From Azolla caroliniana (taxonomy: Eukaryota; Plantae; Polypodiophyta): a stretch of DNA of 32,371 bases. This document shows positions 1-12,672 of the stretch, piece by piece; position 1 is the stretch's first letter; each line of letters begins with the position of its first letter. The notes under the pieces are model-generated. The model was not told where the DNA came from. It worked only from the letters and a program-made list of their open reading frames with translations, and did not search any database. Position numbers and translations under genes: made by a program. The stretch is from NCBI GenBank assembly GCA_043228905.1, contig JBHGNT010000349.1:1-32371 (forward strand), read 5' to 3'.

Positions 1-3000
1 ACGACTTTCTCAAGTTTCCGATTTTCTTCATGTCTCTCGACCTGAGTTTCAAAATCTTGTTTTTTTGATTCCATATCATAGCTAGCGTTGTTAGCTTCGA
101 TTCACATGTTTGAACACAAAAATCCGACATCATACGACCCAAGTATGAAATTTTTAATTTGCTCAAGGGCTCTACTCAACTCCCTCCTCAAGTTTGCTAA
201 TTTCTTCATATCTGTTGACCTGAATTTCAAAATCATCATTTTTTGATTCTATATCATAGCTAGCATTTTTATCATCGATTCGCATGTTTGAACACAAAAA
301 TCCGATGTCACACGAGCCAGGTATGAACATTTTAATTTAATCAAGGGCTCCTCTCTACTACCTCCTCAAGTTTGCTAAGTTCTTCATGTCTGTTGATCTG
401 AGTTTCTAAATCTCGATTTTTTAATTCTATATCATAGCTAGCGATATAATCTTCGATTCGCATGTTTGAACACAAAAATCCGATATCACACGAGCCAGGT
501 ATGAACATTTTAATTTACTAATGAGCTCTTCTCAACTCCCTCCTCAAGTTTGCTAATTTCTTCACATCTCTCGACCTAAGTTTCCAAATCTTGATTTTTT
601 AATTCCATATCATAGCTATCGTTGTTAGCTGCGATTCGCATGTTTGAACAAGAAAATCCGATATCACACGAGCCAGGTATCAACATTTTAATGTACTAAC
701 GAGCTCTTCTCAACTCCCTCCTCAAGTTTACTAATTTCTTCATATCTCTCGACCTGAGTTTCCAAATCTTGATTTTTTAAGTCCATATCATAGTTAGCGT
801 TGTTATCTTCGATTCGCATGTTTGAACACAAAAATCCGATATCACACGAGCCAGGTAGGAACATTTTAATTTGCTCAAGGGCTCTACTCAACTCCCTCCT
901 CAAGTTTGCTAATTTCTTCATATCTGTTGACCTAAATTTCAAAATCATCATTTTTTGATTCTATATCATAGCTAGCGTTTTTATCATCGATTCGCATATT
1001 TGAACACAAAAATCCGATGTCACACGAGCCAGGTATGAACATTTTAATTTACTAATGAGCTCTTCTCAACTCCCTCCTCAAGTTTGCTAATTTCTTCACA
1101 TCTCTCGACCCAAGTTTCCAAATCTTGATTTTTTAATTCCATATCATAGCTATCGTTGTTAGCTGCGATTCTCATGTTTGAACACAAAAATCCGATATCA
1201 CCCGAGCCAGGTATGAACATTTTAATTTACTAACGAGCACTTCTCAACTCCCTCCTCATGTTTGCTAATTTCTTCATATCTCTGGACCTGAGTTTCCAAA
1301 TCTTGATTTTTTAATTCCATATCATAGCTAGCGTTGTTTAATTCCATATCATAGCTAGCGTTTTTATCATCGATTCGCATATTTGAACACAAAAATCCGA
1401 TATCACACGAGCCAGGTATGAACATTTCATTTACTAACGAGCTCTTCTCAAGTCCCTGCTCAAGGTTGCTAATTTAGTTCATGTCTCTCTACCTGAGTTT
1501 CAAAATCTTTATTTTTAAATTCCATATCATAGCTAGCGTTGTTAGCTTCGATTCGCATATTTGAACACAAAAATCCGATATCACACGAGCCAGGTATGAA
1601 CATTTTCATTTACTAACGAGCTCTTCTCAAGTCCCTCCTCAAGGTTGCTAATTTTGTTCATGTCTCTCGACCTGAGTTTACAAATCTTGATTTATTAATT
1701 CCATATCGTAGCGTGCGTTGTTAGATTCGATTCGCATATTTGATCTCAAAAATCTGATATCACACGAGCCATGTATGAACATTTTCATATTATAACGAGC
1801 TCTTGTCTACGACCTCCTTAAGTTGGGTATTTTCTTCATGTCTCTTGACCTCAATTTCAAAATCTTGATTTTTTAATTTCATATCACAGGTAGAGTTGTT
1901 AGCTTCGATTAGCATGTTTGATCTTAAAAATCCGATATCACACGAGCTAGGTATGAACATTTTCATATTATAACGAGCTCTTGTCTACAACCTCCTCACG
2001 TTTGGTATTTTCTTCATGTCTCTCGACCTGAGTTTCAAAATGTTGATTTTTTAATTCCACATTATAGTTAGCATTGGAAGCTTCGATTCGCATGTTTGAC
2101 CACAAAAATCCGATATTACACGAGCCAGGTATGAACATTTTAATTTACTAACCGGCTCTTGTCTACGACCTTCTCAAGTTTCCTATTTTCTTCATGTCTC
2201 TCGACCTGAATTTAAAAATCTTTATTTTTTAATTCCATATCATAGCTAGCGATGTTAGCTTCGATTCTTATGTTTGACCTCAAAAATCCGATATCACACG
2301 ACCCACGTATGAACATTTTCATTTACAAACGGGCACTTGTCTACGACCTTCTCAAGTTTCCTATTTTCTTCATGTCTCTCGACTTGAGTTTAAAAATCAT
2401 GATTTTTTAATTCCATGTCATAGCTTGGATTCGCATGTTTAAACACACAAATCCGATATGATACGAGCCAGGTATGAACATTTTCATTTACAAAGGGCTC
2501 TTGTCGCCGACCTCCTCAACTTTGGTATTTTATTCATGCCTCTCGACCTGAGTTTCAAAATCTTAACTTTTTAATTCCATATCAGAGCTAGCATTGTAAG
2601 CTTCAATTCGCATGTTTAAACACAAATATCCCATATCATACGGGCCAGGTATGAACATTTTCATTTACAAACGGGCTGTTGTCTACGACCTTCTCAAGTT
2701 TCCTATTTTCTTCATGCCTCTGGACCTAAGTTTCACAATCTCTATTTTTTAATTCCATATCATAGCTAGCATTGTTAGCTTCGATTCGCATGTTTGATCT
2801 CAAAAATCCGATATCACATGACCCAGGTATGAAAATTTTCATTTACACCCGGGCTCTTGTCTATGACCTTTTCAAGTTTGGTATTTTCTTCATGTCTCTC
2901 GACCTGAGTTTCAAAATCTTGATTTTTTAATTCAATATCATAGCTAGCATTGTAAGCTTGGATTCGCATGTTTAAATACAAAGTTCCGATATCACACGAG

Positions 3001-6000
3001 CCAGGTATGAACATTTTCATTTAGAAACGGGTTGTTGTCTACGACCTTCTCAAGTTTCCTATTATCTTCATATCTCTCGACCTGAGTGTCAAAATCTTGA
3101 TTTTTTAATTCCATATCATAGCTAGCATTGTTAGCTTCGATTCGCATCTTTGATCTCAAAAATCTGATATCACACGACCCAGGTATGAATATTTTCATTT
3201 ACTCCGGGGCTCTTGTCTACGTCCTTTCAAGTTTGGTACTTTGTTCATGTCTCTCGACCTGAGTTTCAAAATCTTGATTTTTTAATTCCATATCATAGCT
3301 AGCATTGTAAGCTTGGATTCGCAAGTTGAAACACAAAAATCCGATATCACAAGATCCAGGTAAGAACATTTTCATTTACAAACGGGCTCTTGTCTACGAA
3401 CTCCTTAAGTTTGCTATTTTCTTCATGTCTCTTAACCTGAGTTTCAAAATCTTGATTGTTTAATTCCATATCATAGCTAGCATTGTTAGCTTCGATTAGC
3501 ATGTTTGATCTCAAAAATCCGATATCGCACGACACAGGTATGAATATTTTCATTTACTCTCGGGCTCTTGTCTACGACCATTTCAAGTTTGGTATTTTCT
3601 TCATGTCTCTCGACCTGAGTTTCAAAATCTCTATTTGCTAATTCCATATCATAGCTAGCATTGTAAGCTTGGATTCGGATGTTTAAAAACAGAAATCCGA
3701 TATCACACCAGCCAGGTATGAACATTTTCATTTATAAATAGGCTCTTCTCTACGACCTCCTCAAGTTTGCTATTTTCTTCATGTCTCTCAACCTGAGTTT
3801 CAAAATATTGATTTTTAAGTTCCATATCATAGCTTGCGTTGTTAGCTTCCATTCGCATGTTTCAACAAAAAAATCTGATATCACAAGAGCCAGGTATGAA
3901 CATTTTCATTTACAAACGGGCTCTTGTCTACGACCTTCTCAAGTTTCCTATTTTCTTCATGTCTCTCGATCTGAATTTAAAAATCTTGATTTTTTAATTC
4001 TATATCATAGCTAGCGTTGTTAGCTTCGATTCTCATGTTTGACCTCAAAAATCCAATATCACACAACCTAGGTATGAACATTTTCATTTACTCCCGTGCT
4101 CTTGTCTACGACCTCATCAAGTTTGTTATTTTCTTCATGTCTCTCGACCTCAGTTTCAAAATCTTGATTTTTTTAATTCCATATCATAACTAGCATTGTA
4201 AGCTTCGATTCGCATGTTTAAACACAAAAATCCGATATCACACGAGACAGGTATGAACATTTTCATTTACAAACAGGCTCTTGTCTACGATTTTCTCAAG
4301 TTTGCTATTTTCCTCATGTCTCTCGACCTGAGTTTCAAAATCTTTATTTTTAAGTTGGAAAATCCGATATCACACAACCCAGGTATGAATATTTTCATTT
4401 ACTCCCGGGCTCTTGGCTACGACCTCCTCAAGTTTGGTATTTTCTTCATGTCTGTCGACCTAAGTTTCAAAATCTTGTTTTTTTAATTTCCTATAATAGC
4501 TAGTGTTGTTAGCTTAGATTCGCATGTTTGAACACGAAAATCCAACATCACATGATCCAGGTATGAACATTTTTTCATTTACTCCCGGGCTCTTGTCTAC
4601 GACCTCCTCAAGTTTGGTATTTTATTCATGTCTCTCGACCTAAGTTTCAAAATGTTGATTTTTTAATCCTATATTATAGTTAGCATTGGAAGCTTCGATT
4701 CACATGTTTGACCACAAAAATCCGATATTACACGAGCCAGGTATGAACATTTTAATTTACTAACGGGCTCATGTCTACGACCTTCTCAAGTTTCCTATTT
4801 TCTTCATGTCTCTCTACCTGACTTTAAAAATTTTCACTTTTTAATTCTATGTCATAGCTAGCGTTGTTAGCTTCGATTCTCATGTTCGACCTCAGAAATC
4901 CGATATCACACGACCCACGTATGAACAATTTCATTTACTCCCGTGCTCTTGTCCACGACGTCCTCAAGTTTGGTATTTTCTTCATGTCTGTCGACCTGAG
5001 TTTCAATATCTTGATATTTTATGTCCATATGATAGCTAGCCTTGCAAGCTATTATTCACATGTTTAAACAATAAAATCCCATATCACACTAGCCAGGTAT
5101 GAACATTTTCATTTACAAACGGGCTCTTGTCTACGACCTCCTCAACTTCGGTATTTTATTCATGCCTCCCGACGTGAGTTTCAAAATCTTGATTTTTTAA
5201 TTCCATATCAGAGCTAGCATCGTAAGCTTTGATTCGCATGTTTGAACAAAAAAATCCGATATCACAAAAGCCAGGTATAAACATTTTCATTTACAAACGG
5301 GCTCTTGTCTCCGAACTCGTTCAGTTTGCTATTTTCTTCATGTCTCTCGACCCGAGTTTAAAAATCTTGATTTTTTAATTCCATATCATAGCTAGCGTTG
5401 TTAGCTTGGATTCGCATGTTTGAACACAAAAATCCGACATCACATGACCCAGGCATGAACATTTTCATTGACTAAGGGTCTCTTGTATACAACCTTCTCC
5501 ACTTTACTATTTTCGTCATGTCTCTTGACCTGAGTTTCAAAATTTTGATTATTTAATACAATATCATAGCTAGCGTTGTTAGCCTCGATTCGCATGTTTG
5601 ATATCAAAAATCCGATATCACACGAGCCAGTTATGAACATTCTCATATTATAACGAGCTCTTGTCTACGACCTCCTTAAGTGTGGTATTTTCTTCATGTC
5701 TCTTGACCTCAGTTTCAAAATCTTGAATTTTTAATTTCATATCACAGCTATAGTTGTTAGCTTCGATTTGCATGTTTGATCTCAAAAATCCGATCTCACA
5801 CGTGCCAGGTATGAACATTTTCATATTATAACGAGCTCTTGTCTACGACCTCCTCAAGTTTGGTATTTTCTTCATATCTCACGACTTGAGTTTCAAAATC
5901 TTGATTTTTTAATTTCATATCATAGCTAGCGTTGTTAGCTTAAATTCGTATGTTTGACCACAAAAATCCGATATTACACGAGCCAGGTATGAACAATTTA

Positions 6001-9000
6001 ATTTACTAACGGGCTCTTGTGTACGACCTTCTCAAGTTTCCTATTTTCTTCATGTCTCTCGATCTGAATTTAAAAATCTTTATTTTTTAATTCCATATCA
6101 TAGCTAGCGATGTTAGCTTCGATTCTTATGTTTGACCTCAAAAATCCGATATGACACGACCCACGTATGAACGTTTTCATTTACAAACGAGCTCTTGTCT
6201 ACGACCTCCTCAAGTTTCCTAATTTCTTCATGTCTCTCAACCTGAGTTTCAAAATCTTGATTTTTAAGTTCCATATCATAGCTAGTGTTGTTAGCTTCGA
6301 TTCGCATGTTTCAACACAAAAATCCGATAAAACACGAGCCAGGTCTGAACATTTTCATTGACTAACGGGCTCTTGTCTACGACCTTCTCAAGTTTCCTAT
6401 TTTCTTCATGTCTCTAGAACTGAGTTTAAAAATCTTGATTTTTTAATTCCATGTCATAGCTTGGATTCGCATGTTTAAACAAAAAAATCCGATATCACAC
6501 GAGCCAGGTATGAACATTTTCATTTACAAACGGGCTCTTGTCTACGACCTCCTCTAGTTTGGTATTTTTTTCATGTCTCTTGACCTGAGTTTCAAAATCT
6601 TGATTTTTTAATTCCGTATCATAGCTAGCATTATAAGCTTGGATTCGAAACTCCCTCTTCAAGTTTGCTAATTTTGTTCATGTCTCTCGACTTGAGTTTC
6701 AAAATCTTCATTTTTTAATTCTATATCATAGCTAGCGTTGTTAGCTTCGATTCGCATGTTTGAACACAAAAATCCGATATCACACGAACCAGATATGAAC
6801 ATTGTCATTTACTAACGGTTTTTGTCTACGACCTGCTTAAGTTTGCTATTTTCGTCATGTCTCTCAACCTGAGTTTCAAAATCTTGATTGTTTAATACCA
6901 TATCATAGCTAGCATTGTTAGCCTCGATTCGCATGTTTGATCTCGAAAATCCGATATCACACGAGCCAGGTATGAACATTTTCATATTATAACGGGCTCT
7001 TGTCTACGACCTTCTCAAGTTTCCTATTTTCTTCATGTCTCTCGACCTGAATTTAAAAATCTAGATTTTTTAATTCCATATCATAGCTAGCGATGTTAGC
7101 TTCGATTCTTATGTTTGACCTCAAAAATCCGATATCACACGACCCATGTATGAACATTTTCATTTACAAACGGGTTCTTGTCTACGACTTCCTCAAGTTT
7201 CCTATTTTCTTCATGTCTCTCGACCTGAGTTTCAAAATCTTGATTTTTAAGTTCCATATCGTAGCTGGTGTTGTTAGCTTCGATTCCATGTTTCAACACA
7301 AAAATCCGATATCACACGAGCCAGGTATGAACATTTTCATTGACTAACGGGCTCTTGTCTACTACCTTCTCAAGTTTCCTATTTTCTTCATGTCTCTTGC
7401 CCTGAGTTTCAAAATCTTGATTTTTTAATTCCATGTCAAAACTTGGATTCGAATGTTTAAACACAAAAATCCGATATCACACGAGCCAGGTATGAACATT
7501 ATCATTTACAAACGGGCTCTTGTCTACGACCTCCTCAAGTTTGGTATTCTTTTCATGTCACTAGACCTGAGTTTCAAAATCTTGATTTTTTAATTCCATA
7601 TCATACCTAGCGTTATTAGCTTCGATTCCCATGTTTGATCTCAAACATCGGATATCACATGACCCAGATATGAATATTTTCATTTACTCCTAGGCTCTTG
7701 TCTACGAACTCCTCAACTTTCATATTTTCTTCATGTCTCTCAACCTGAGTTTCAAAATCTTGATTTTTATGTTCCATATCGTAGCTGGTGTTGTTAGCTT
7801 CGATTCCATGTTTCAACACAAAAATCCGATATCACACGAGACAGGTATGAACATTTTCATTGACTAACGGGCTCTTGTCTACTACCTTCTCAAGTTTCCT
7901 ATTTTCTTCATGTCTCTCGCCCTGAGTTTCAAAATCTTGATTTTTTAATTCCATGTCAAAACTTGGATTCGCATGTTAAAACACAAAAATCCAATATGAC
8001 ACAAGCCAGGTATGAACATTATCATTTACAAACGGGCTCTTGTCTACGACCTCCTCAAGTTTGGTATTCTTTTCATGTCGCTAGACCTGAGTTTCAAAAT
8101 CTTGATTTTTTAATCCCATATCATACCTAGCGTTATTAGCTTCGATTCCCATGTTTGATCTCAAACATCGGATATCACATGACCCAGATATGAATATTTT
8201 CATTTACTCCTAGGCTCTTGTCTACGACCTCCTCAACTTTCATATTTTCTTCATGTCTCTCAACCTGAGTTTCAAAATCTTGATTTTTAAGTTCTATATC
8301 GTAGCTGGTGTTGTTAGCTTCGATTCCATGTTTCAACACAAAAATCCGATATCACACGAGCCAAGTATGAACATTTTCATTGACTAACGGGCTCTTGTCT
8401 ACTACCTTCTCAAGTTTCCTATTTTCTTCATGTCTCTCGCCCTGAGTTTCAAAATCTTGATTTTTTAATTCCATATCATAGCGAGCATTGTAAGCTTGGA
8501 TTCGCATGTTGAAACACAAAAATCTGATATCACAAGAGCTAGGTATGAACATTTTCATTGACCTTTCAAGTTTACAAACGGGCTCTTGTCTACGACCTCC
8601 TCAAGTTTGGTATTCTTTTCATGTCGCTAGACCTGAGTTTCAAAATCCTGATTTTTTAATTCCATATCATACCTAGCGTTATTAGCTTCGATTCCCATGT
8701 TTGATTTCAAACATCGGATATCACATGACCCAGATATGAATATTTTCATTTACTCCTAGGCTCTTGTCTACGACCTCCTCAACTTTCATATTTTCTTCAT
8801 GTCTCTCAACCTGAGTTTCAAAATCTTGATTTTTAAGTTCCATATCGTAGCTGGTGTTGTTAGCTTCGATTCCATGTTTCAACACAAAAATCCGATATCA
8901 CACGAGCCAGGTATGAACATTTTCATTGACTAACGGGCTCTTGTCTACTACCTTCTCAAGTTTCCTATTTTCTTCATGTCTCTCGCCCTGAGTTTCAAAA

Positions 9001-12000
9001 TCTTGATTTTTTAATTCCATATCATAGCGAGCATTGTAAGCTTGGATTCGCATGTTGAAACACAAAAATCCGATATCACAAGAGCTAGGTATGAACATTT
9101 TCATTGACCTTTCAAGTTTACAAACGGGCTCTTGTCTACGACCTCCTCAAGTTTGGTATTCTTTTCATGTCGCTAGACCTGAGTTTCAAAATCTTGATTT
9201 TTTAATTCCATATCATACCTAGCGTTATTAGCTTCGATTCCCATGTTTGATTTCAAACATCGGATATCACATGACCCAGATATGAATATTTTCATTTACT
9301 CCTAGGCTCTTGTCTACGACCTCCTCAACTTTCATATTTTCTTCATGTCTCTCAACCTGAGTTTCAAAATCTTGATTTTTAAGTTCCATATCGTAGCTGG
9401 TGTTGTTAGCTTCGATTCCATGTTTCAACACAAAAATCCGATATCACACGAGCCAGGTATGAACATTTTCATTGACTAACGGGCTCTTGTCTACGACCTT
9501 TCAAGTTTGGTATTTTCTTCATGTCTCTCGACCTGAGTTTCAAAATCTTGATTTTTTAATTCCATATCATAGCGAGCATTGTAAGCTTGGATTCGCATGT
9601 TGAAACACAAAAATCCGATATCACAAGAGCTAGGTATGAACATTTTCATTGACAAACAGGCTCTTGTCTACGACCTTCTTAAGTTTCCTATTTTCTTCAT
9701 GTCTCTCGACCTGAGTTTCAAAATCTTGATTTTTTAATTCCATATCATAGCTAGCACTGTTAGCTTTGATTCACATTTTTTATCTTAAAAATCCGATATC
9801 ACACGACCCAGGTATGAATATTTTCATTTACTCCCGGGCTCTTGTCTACGACCTTTCCAAGTTTGATATTTTCTTCATGTCTCTTGACCTGAGTTTCAAA
9901 ATCTTGATATTTTAATTCCATATCATAGTGAGCATTGTAAGCTTCGATTCGCATGTTTAAACACAAAAAGCCGATATCACATGACCCAGGTATGAATATT
10001 TTCATTTACTCCCGGGCTCCTGTCTATGACCTTTTCAAGTTTGGTATTTTCTTCATGTCTCTCGACCTGAGTTTCAAAATATTGATTTTTAAGTTCCATA
10101 TCATAGCTGGCGTTGTTAGCTTCCATTCGCATGTTTCAACACTAAAATCCGATATCACAAGAGCCAGGTATGAACATTTTCATTTACAAACGGGCTCTTG
10201 TCTACGACCTTCTCAAGTTTCCTATTTTCTTCATGTCTCTTGACCTAAGCTTAAAAATCTTGATTTTTTAATTCTATATCATAGTTAGCGTTGTTACCTT
10301 CGATTTTCATGTTTGATCTCAAAAATCCAATATCACACGACCCAGGTATGAACATTTTCATTTACTCCTGTGGTCTTGTCTACGACCTACTCAAGTTTGG
10401 TATTTTCTTCATGTCTCTCGACCTCAGTATCAAAATCTTGATTTTTTAATTCCATATCATAGCTAACATTGTAAGCTTCGATTCGCATGTTTAAACACAA
10501 AAATCCGATATCACACAAGCCAGGTATGAACATTTTCATTTACAAATAGGCTCTTGTCTACAATCTCCTCATGTTTGCTATTTTCCTCATGTCTCTCAAC
10601 CTGAGTTTCAAAATCTTTATTTTTAAGTTTGAAAATCCGATATCACACGACCCAAGTATGAATATTTTCATTTACTCCCGGGCTCTTGGCTACGACCTCC
10701 TCAAGTTTGGTATTTTCTTCATGTCTGTCGACCTGAGTTTCAAAATCTTGTTTTTTAATTTCCTATCATAGCTAGTGTTGTTAGCTTAGATTCGCATGTT
10801 TGAATACAAAAATCCGACATCACATGACCCAGGTATGAACATTTTTTCATCTACTCCCGGGCTCTTGTGTACAACCTCCTCAAGTTTGGGATTTTATTCA
10901 TGTCTCTGGACCTGAGTTTCAAAATGTTGATTTTTTAATTCCATATTATAGTTAGCATTGGAAGTTTCGATTCGCATGTTTGACCACAAAAATCCGATAT
11001 TACACGAGCCAGGTAGGAACATTTTAATTTACTAACGGGCTTTTGTCTACGACCTTCTCAAGTTGTCTATTTTCTTCATGTCTCTCTACCTGAATTTAAA
11101 AATCTTGATTTTTTAATTCCATATCATAGCTAGCGTTGTTAGCTTCGATTCTCATGTTTGACCTCAAAAATCCGATATCACACGACCCACGTATGAACAA
11201 TTTCATTTACTCCCGTGCTCTTATCCACGACGTCCTCAAGTTTGGTATTTTCTTCATGTCTGTCGACCTGAGTTTCAATCTCTTGATTTTTTATGTCCAT
11301 ATTATATCTAGCCTTGCAAGCTTTGATTCGCATGTTTAAACAAAAAATCCCATATCACACGAGCCAGGTATGAACATTTTCATTTACAAACGGGCTCTTG
11401 TCTACGACCTCCTCAACTTTGGTATTTTCTTCATGCCTCTCGACCTGAGTTTCAAAATCTTGATTTTTTAATTCCATATCAGAGCTAGCATTGTAAGCTT
11501 CAATTCGCATGTTTGAACACAAATATCCGATATCACACGGGCCAGGTATGAACATTTTCATTTACAAACGGGCTGTTGTCTACGACCTTCTCAAGTTTCC
11601 TATTTTCTTCATGCATATCGACCTAAGTTTCACAATCTCGATTTTTTAATTCCATATCAGAGCTAGCATCGTAAGCTTTGATTCACATGTTTGAACAGAA
11701 AAATCCGATATCACACAAGCCAGGTATAAACATTTTCATTTACTGACGGGCTCTTGTCTCCGAACTCGTTCAGTTTGCTACTTTCTTCATGTCTCTCGAC
11801 CCGAGTTTCAAAATCTTGATTTTTTAATTCCATATTATAGCTAGCATTGTTAGCTTGGATTCGCATGTTTGAACACAAAAATCCGACATCAGATGACCCA
11901 GGCATGAACATTTTCATTGACTAAGGGGCTCTTGTGTACGACCTTCTCCACTTTGCTATTTTCGTCATGTCTCTCGACCTGAGTTTAAAAATCTTGATTT

Positions 12001-12672
12001 TTTAATTCCATATCATAGCTAGCGTTGTTAGCTTAGATTAGCATGTTTGAACACAAAAATCCGACATCACATGACCCAGGTATGAACATTTTCATTTACT
12101 CCTGGGCTCTTGTGTACGACCTCCTCAAGTTTGGTATTTTCTTCATGTCTCTCGACCTGAGTTTCAATATCTTGATTTTTGAATTCTATATCAGAGCTAG
12201 CATTGTAAGCTTTGACTCGCATGTTTAAACACAAAATTCCAATATCACACGAGCCAGCTATGAACATTTTCATTTACAAATGGGCTCTTGGCCTTGCAAG
12301 TCCATATGATAGCTAGCCTTGCAAGCTTTTATTCGCATGTTTATTCGCATGTTTGAACACAAATATCCGATATCACATGAGCCAGGTATGACTTTTTTTT
12401 ATTTACGCCCTAGCTCTTTTCTAAGACCTCCTCAACTTTGGTATTCTTTTCATGCCTCTCGACCTCAGTTTCAAAATGTTTATTTTTCAATACCATATCA
12501 TTGCTAGCGTTGTTAGCTTTGATTCGCATGTTTAATCTCAAAAATTCGATATCACATGACCCAGGTATGAACATTTTCATTTAGTCCCAGGCTCTTGGTT
12601 ACGACCTCCTCAAGTTTGGTATTTTCTTCATGTTTCTCGACCTGAGTTCCAAAATCTTGATTTTTTAATTCC
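1..12672. repeat. Tandem satellite array, 178-bp monomer (~71 copies), left block; runs off the window start
   Basis: Anchor TCCGA of the motif AAAAATCCGATATCACACGAGCCAGGTATGAACATTTT recurs at 123, 301, 479 and onward (period 178). The array stops abruptly at ...TTTTTTAATTCC (12672). Confidence 0.98.
7200..9480. repeat. Trimeric higher-order repeat within the satellite (2 x 520 bp then 2 x 546 bp)
   Basis: The diagnostic variant GTAGCTGGTGTTG starts at 7261, 7781, 8301, 8847 and 9393. A second marker, CGGATATCACATGACCCAGATATGAATAT, recurs with the same spacing. Confidence 0.92.

Noticed and set aside
688-12507. Dozens of similar 60-96 aa ORFs (MKMFIPGSCDIGFLC..., MFEHKNPISHEPGMNIF...), here and in 24015-29030, resembling a peptide gene family
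   Set aside because: They are translations of the satellite. 178 is not a multiple of 3, stops and indels fall at random, and both strands give such ORFs.
1-12672. CRISPR-like regular repeats
   Set aside because: The whole 178-bp unit repeats, with no unique spacers and no cas genes, in a eukaryotic retroelement context.
1-12672. Identity with the Arabidopsis 178-bp centromeric repeat or a 5S rDNA array
   Set aside because: Only the length matches the former. I recognise no sequence motifs of either, and there is no conserved 120-bp gene-like core.
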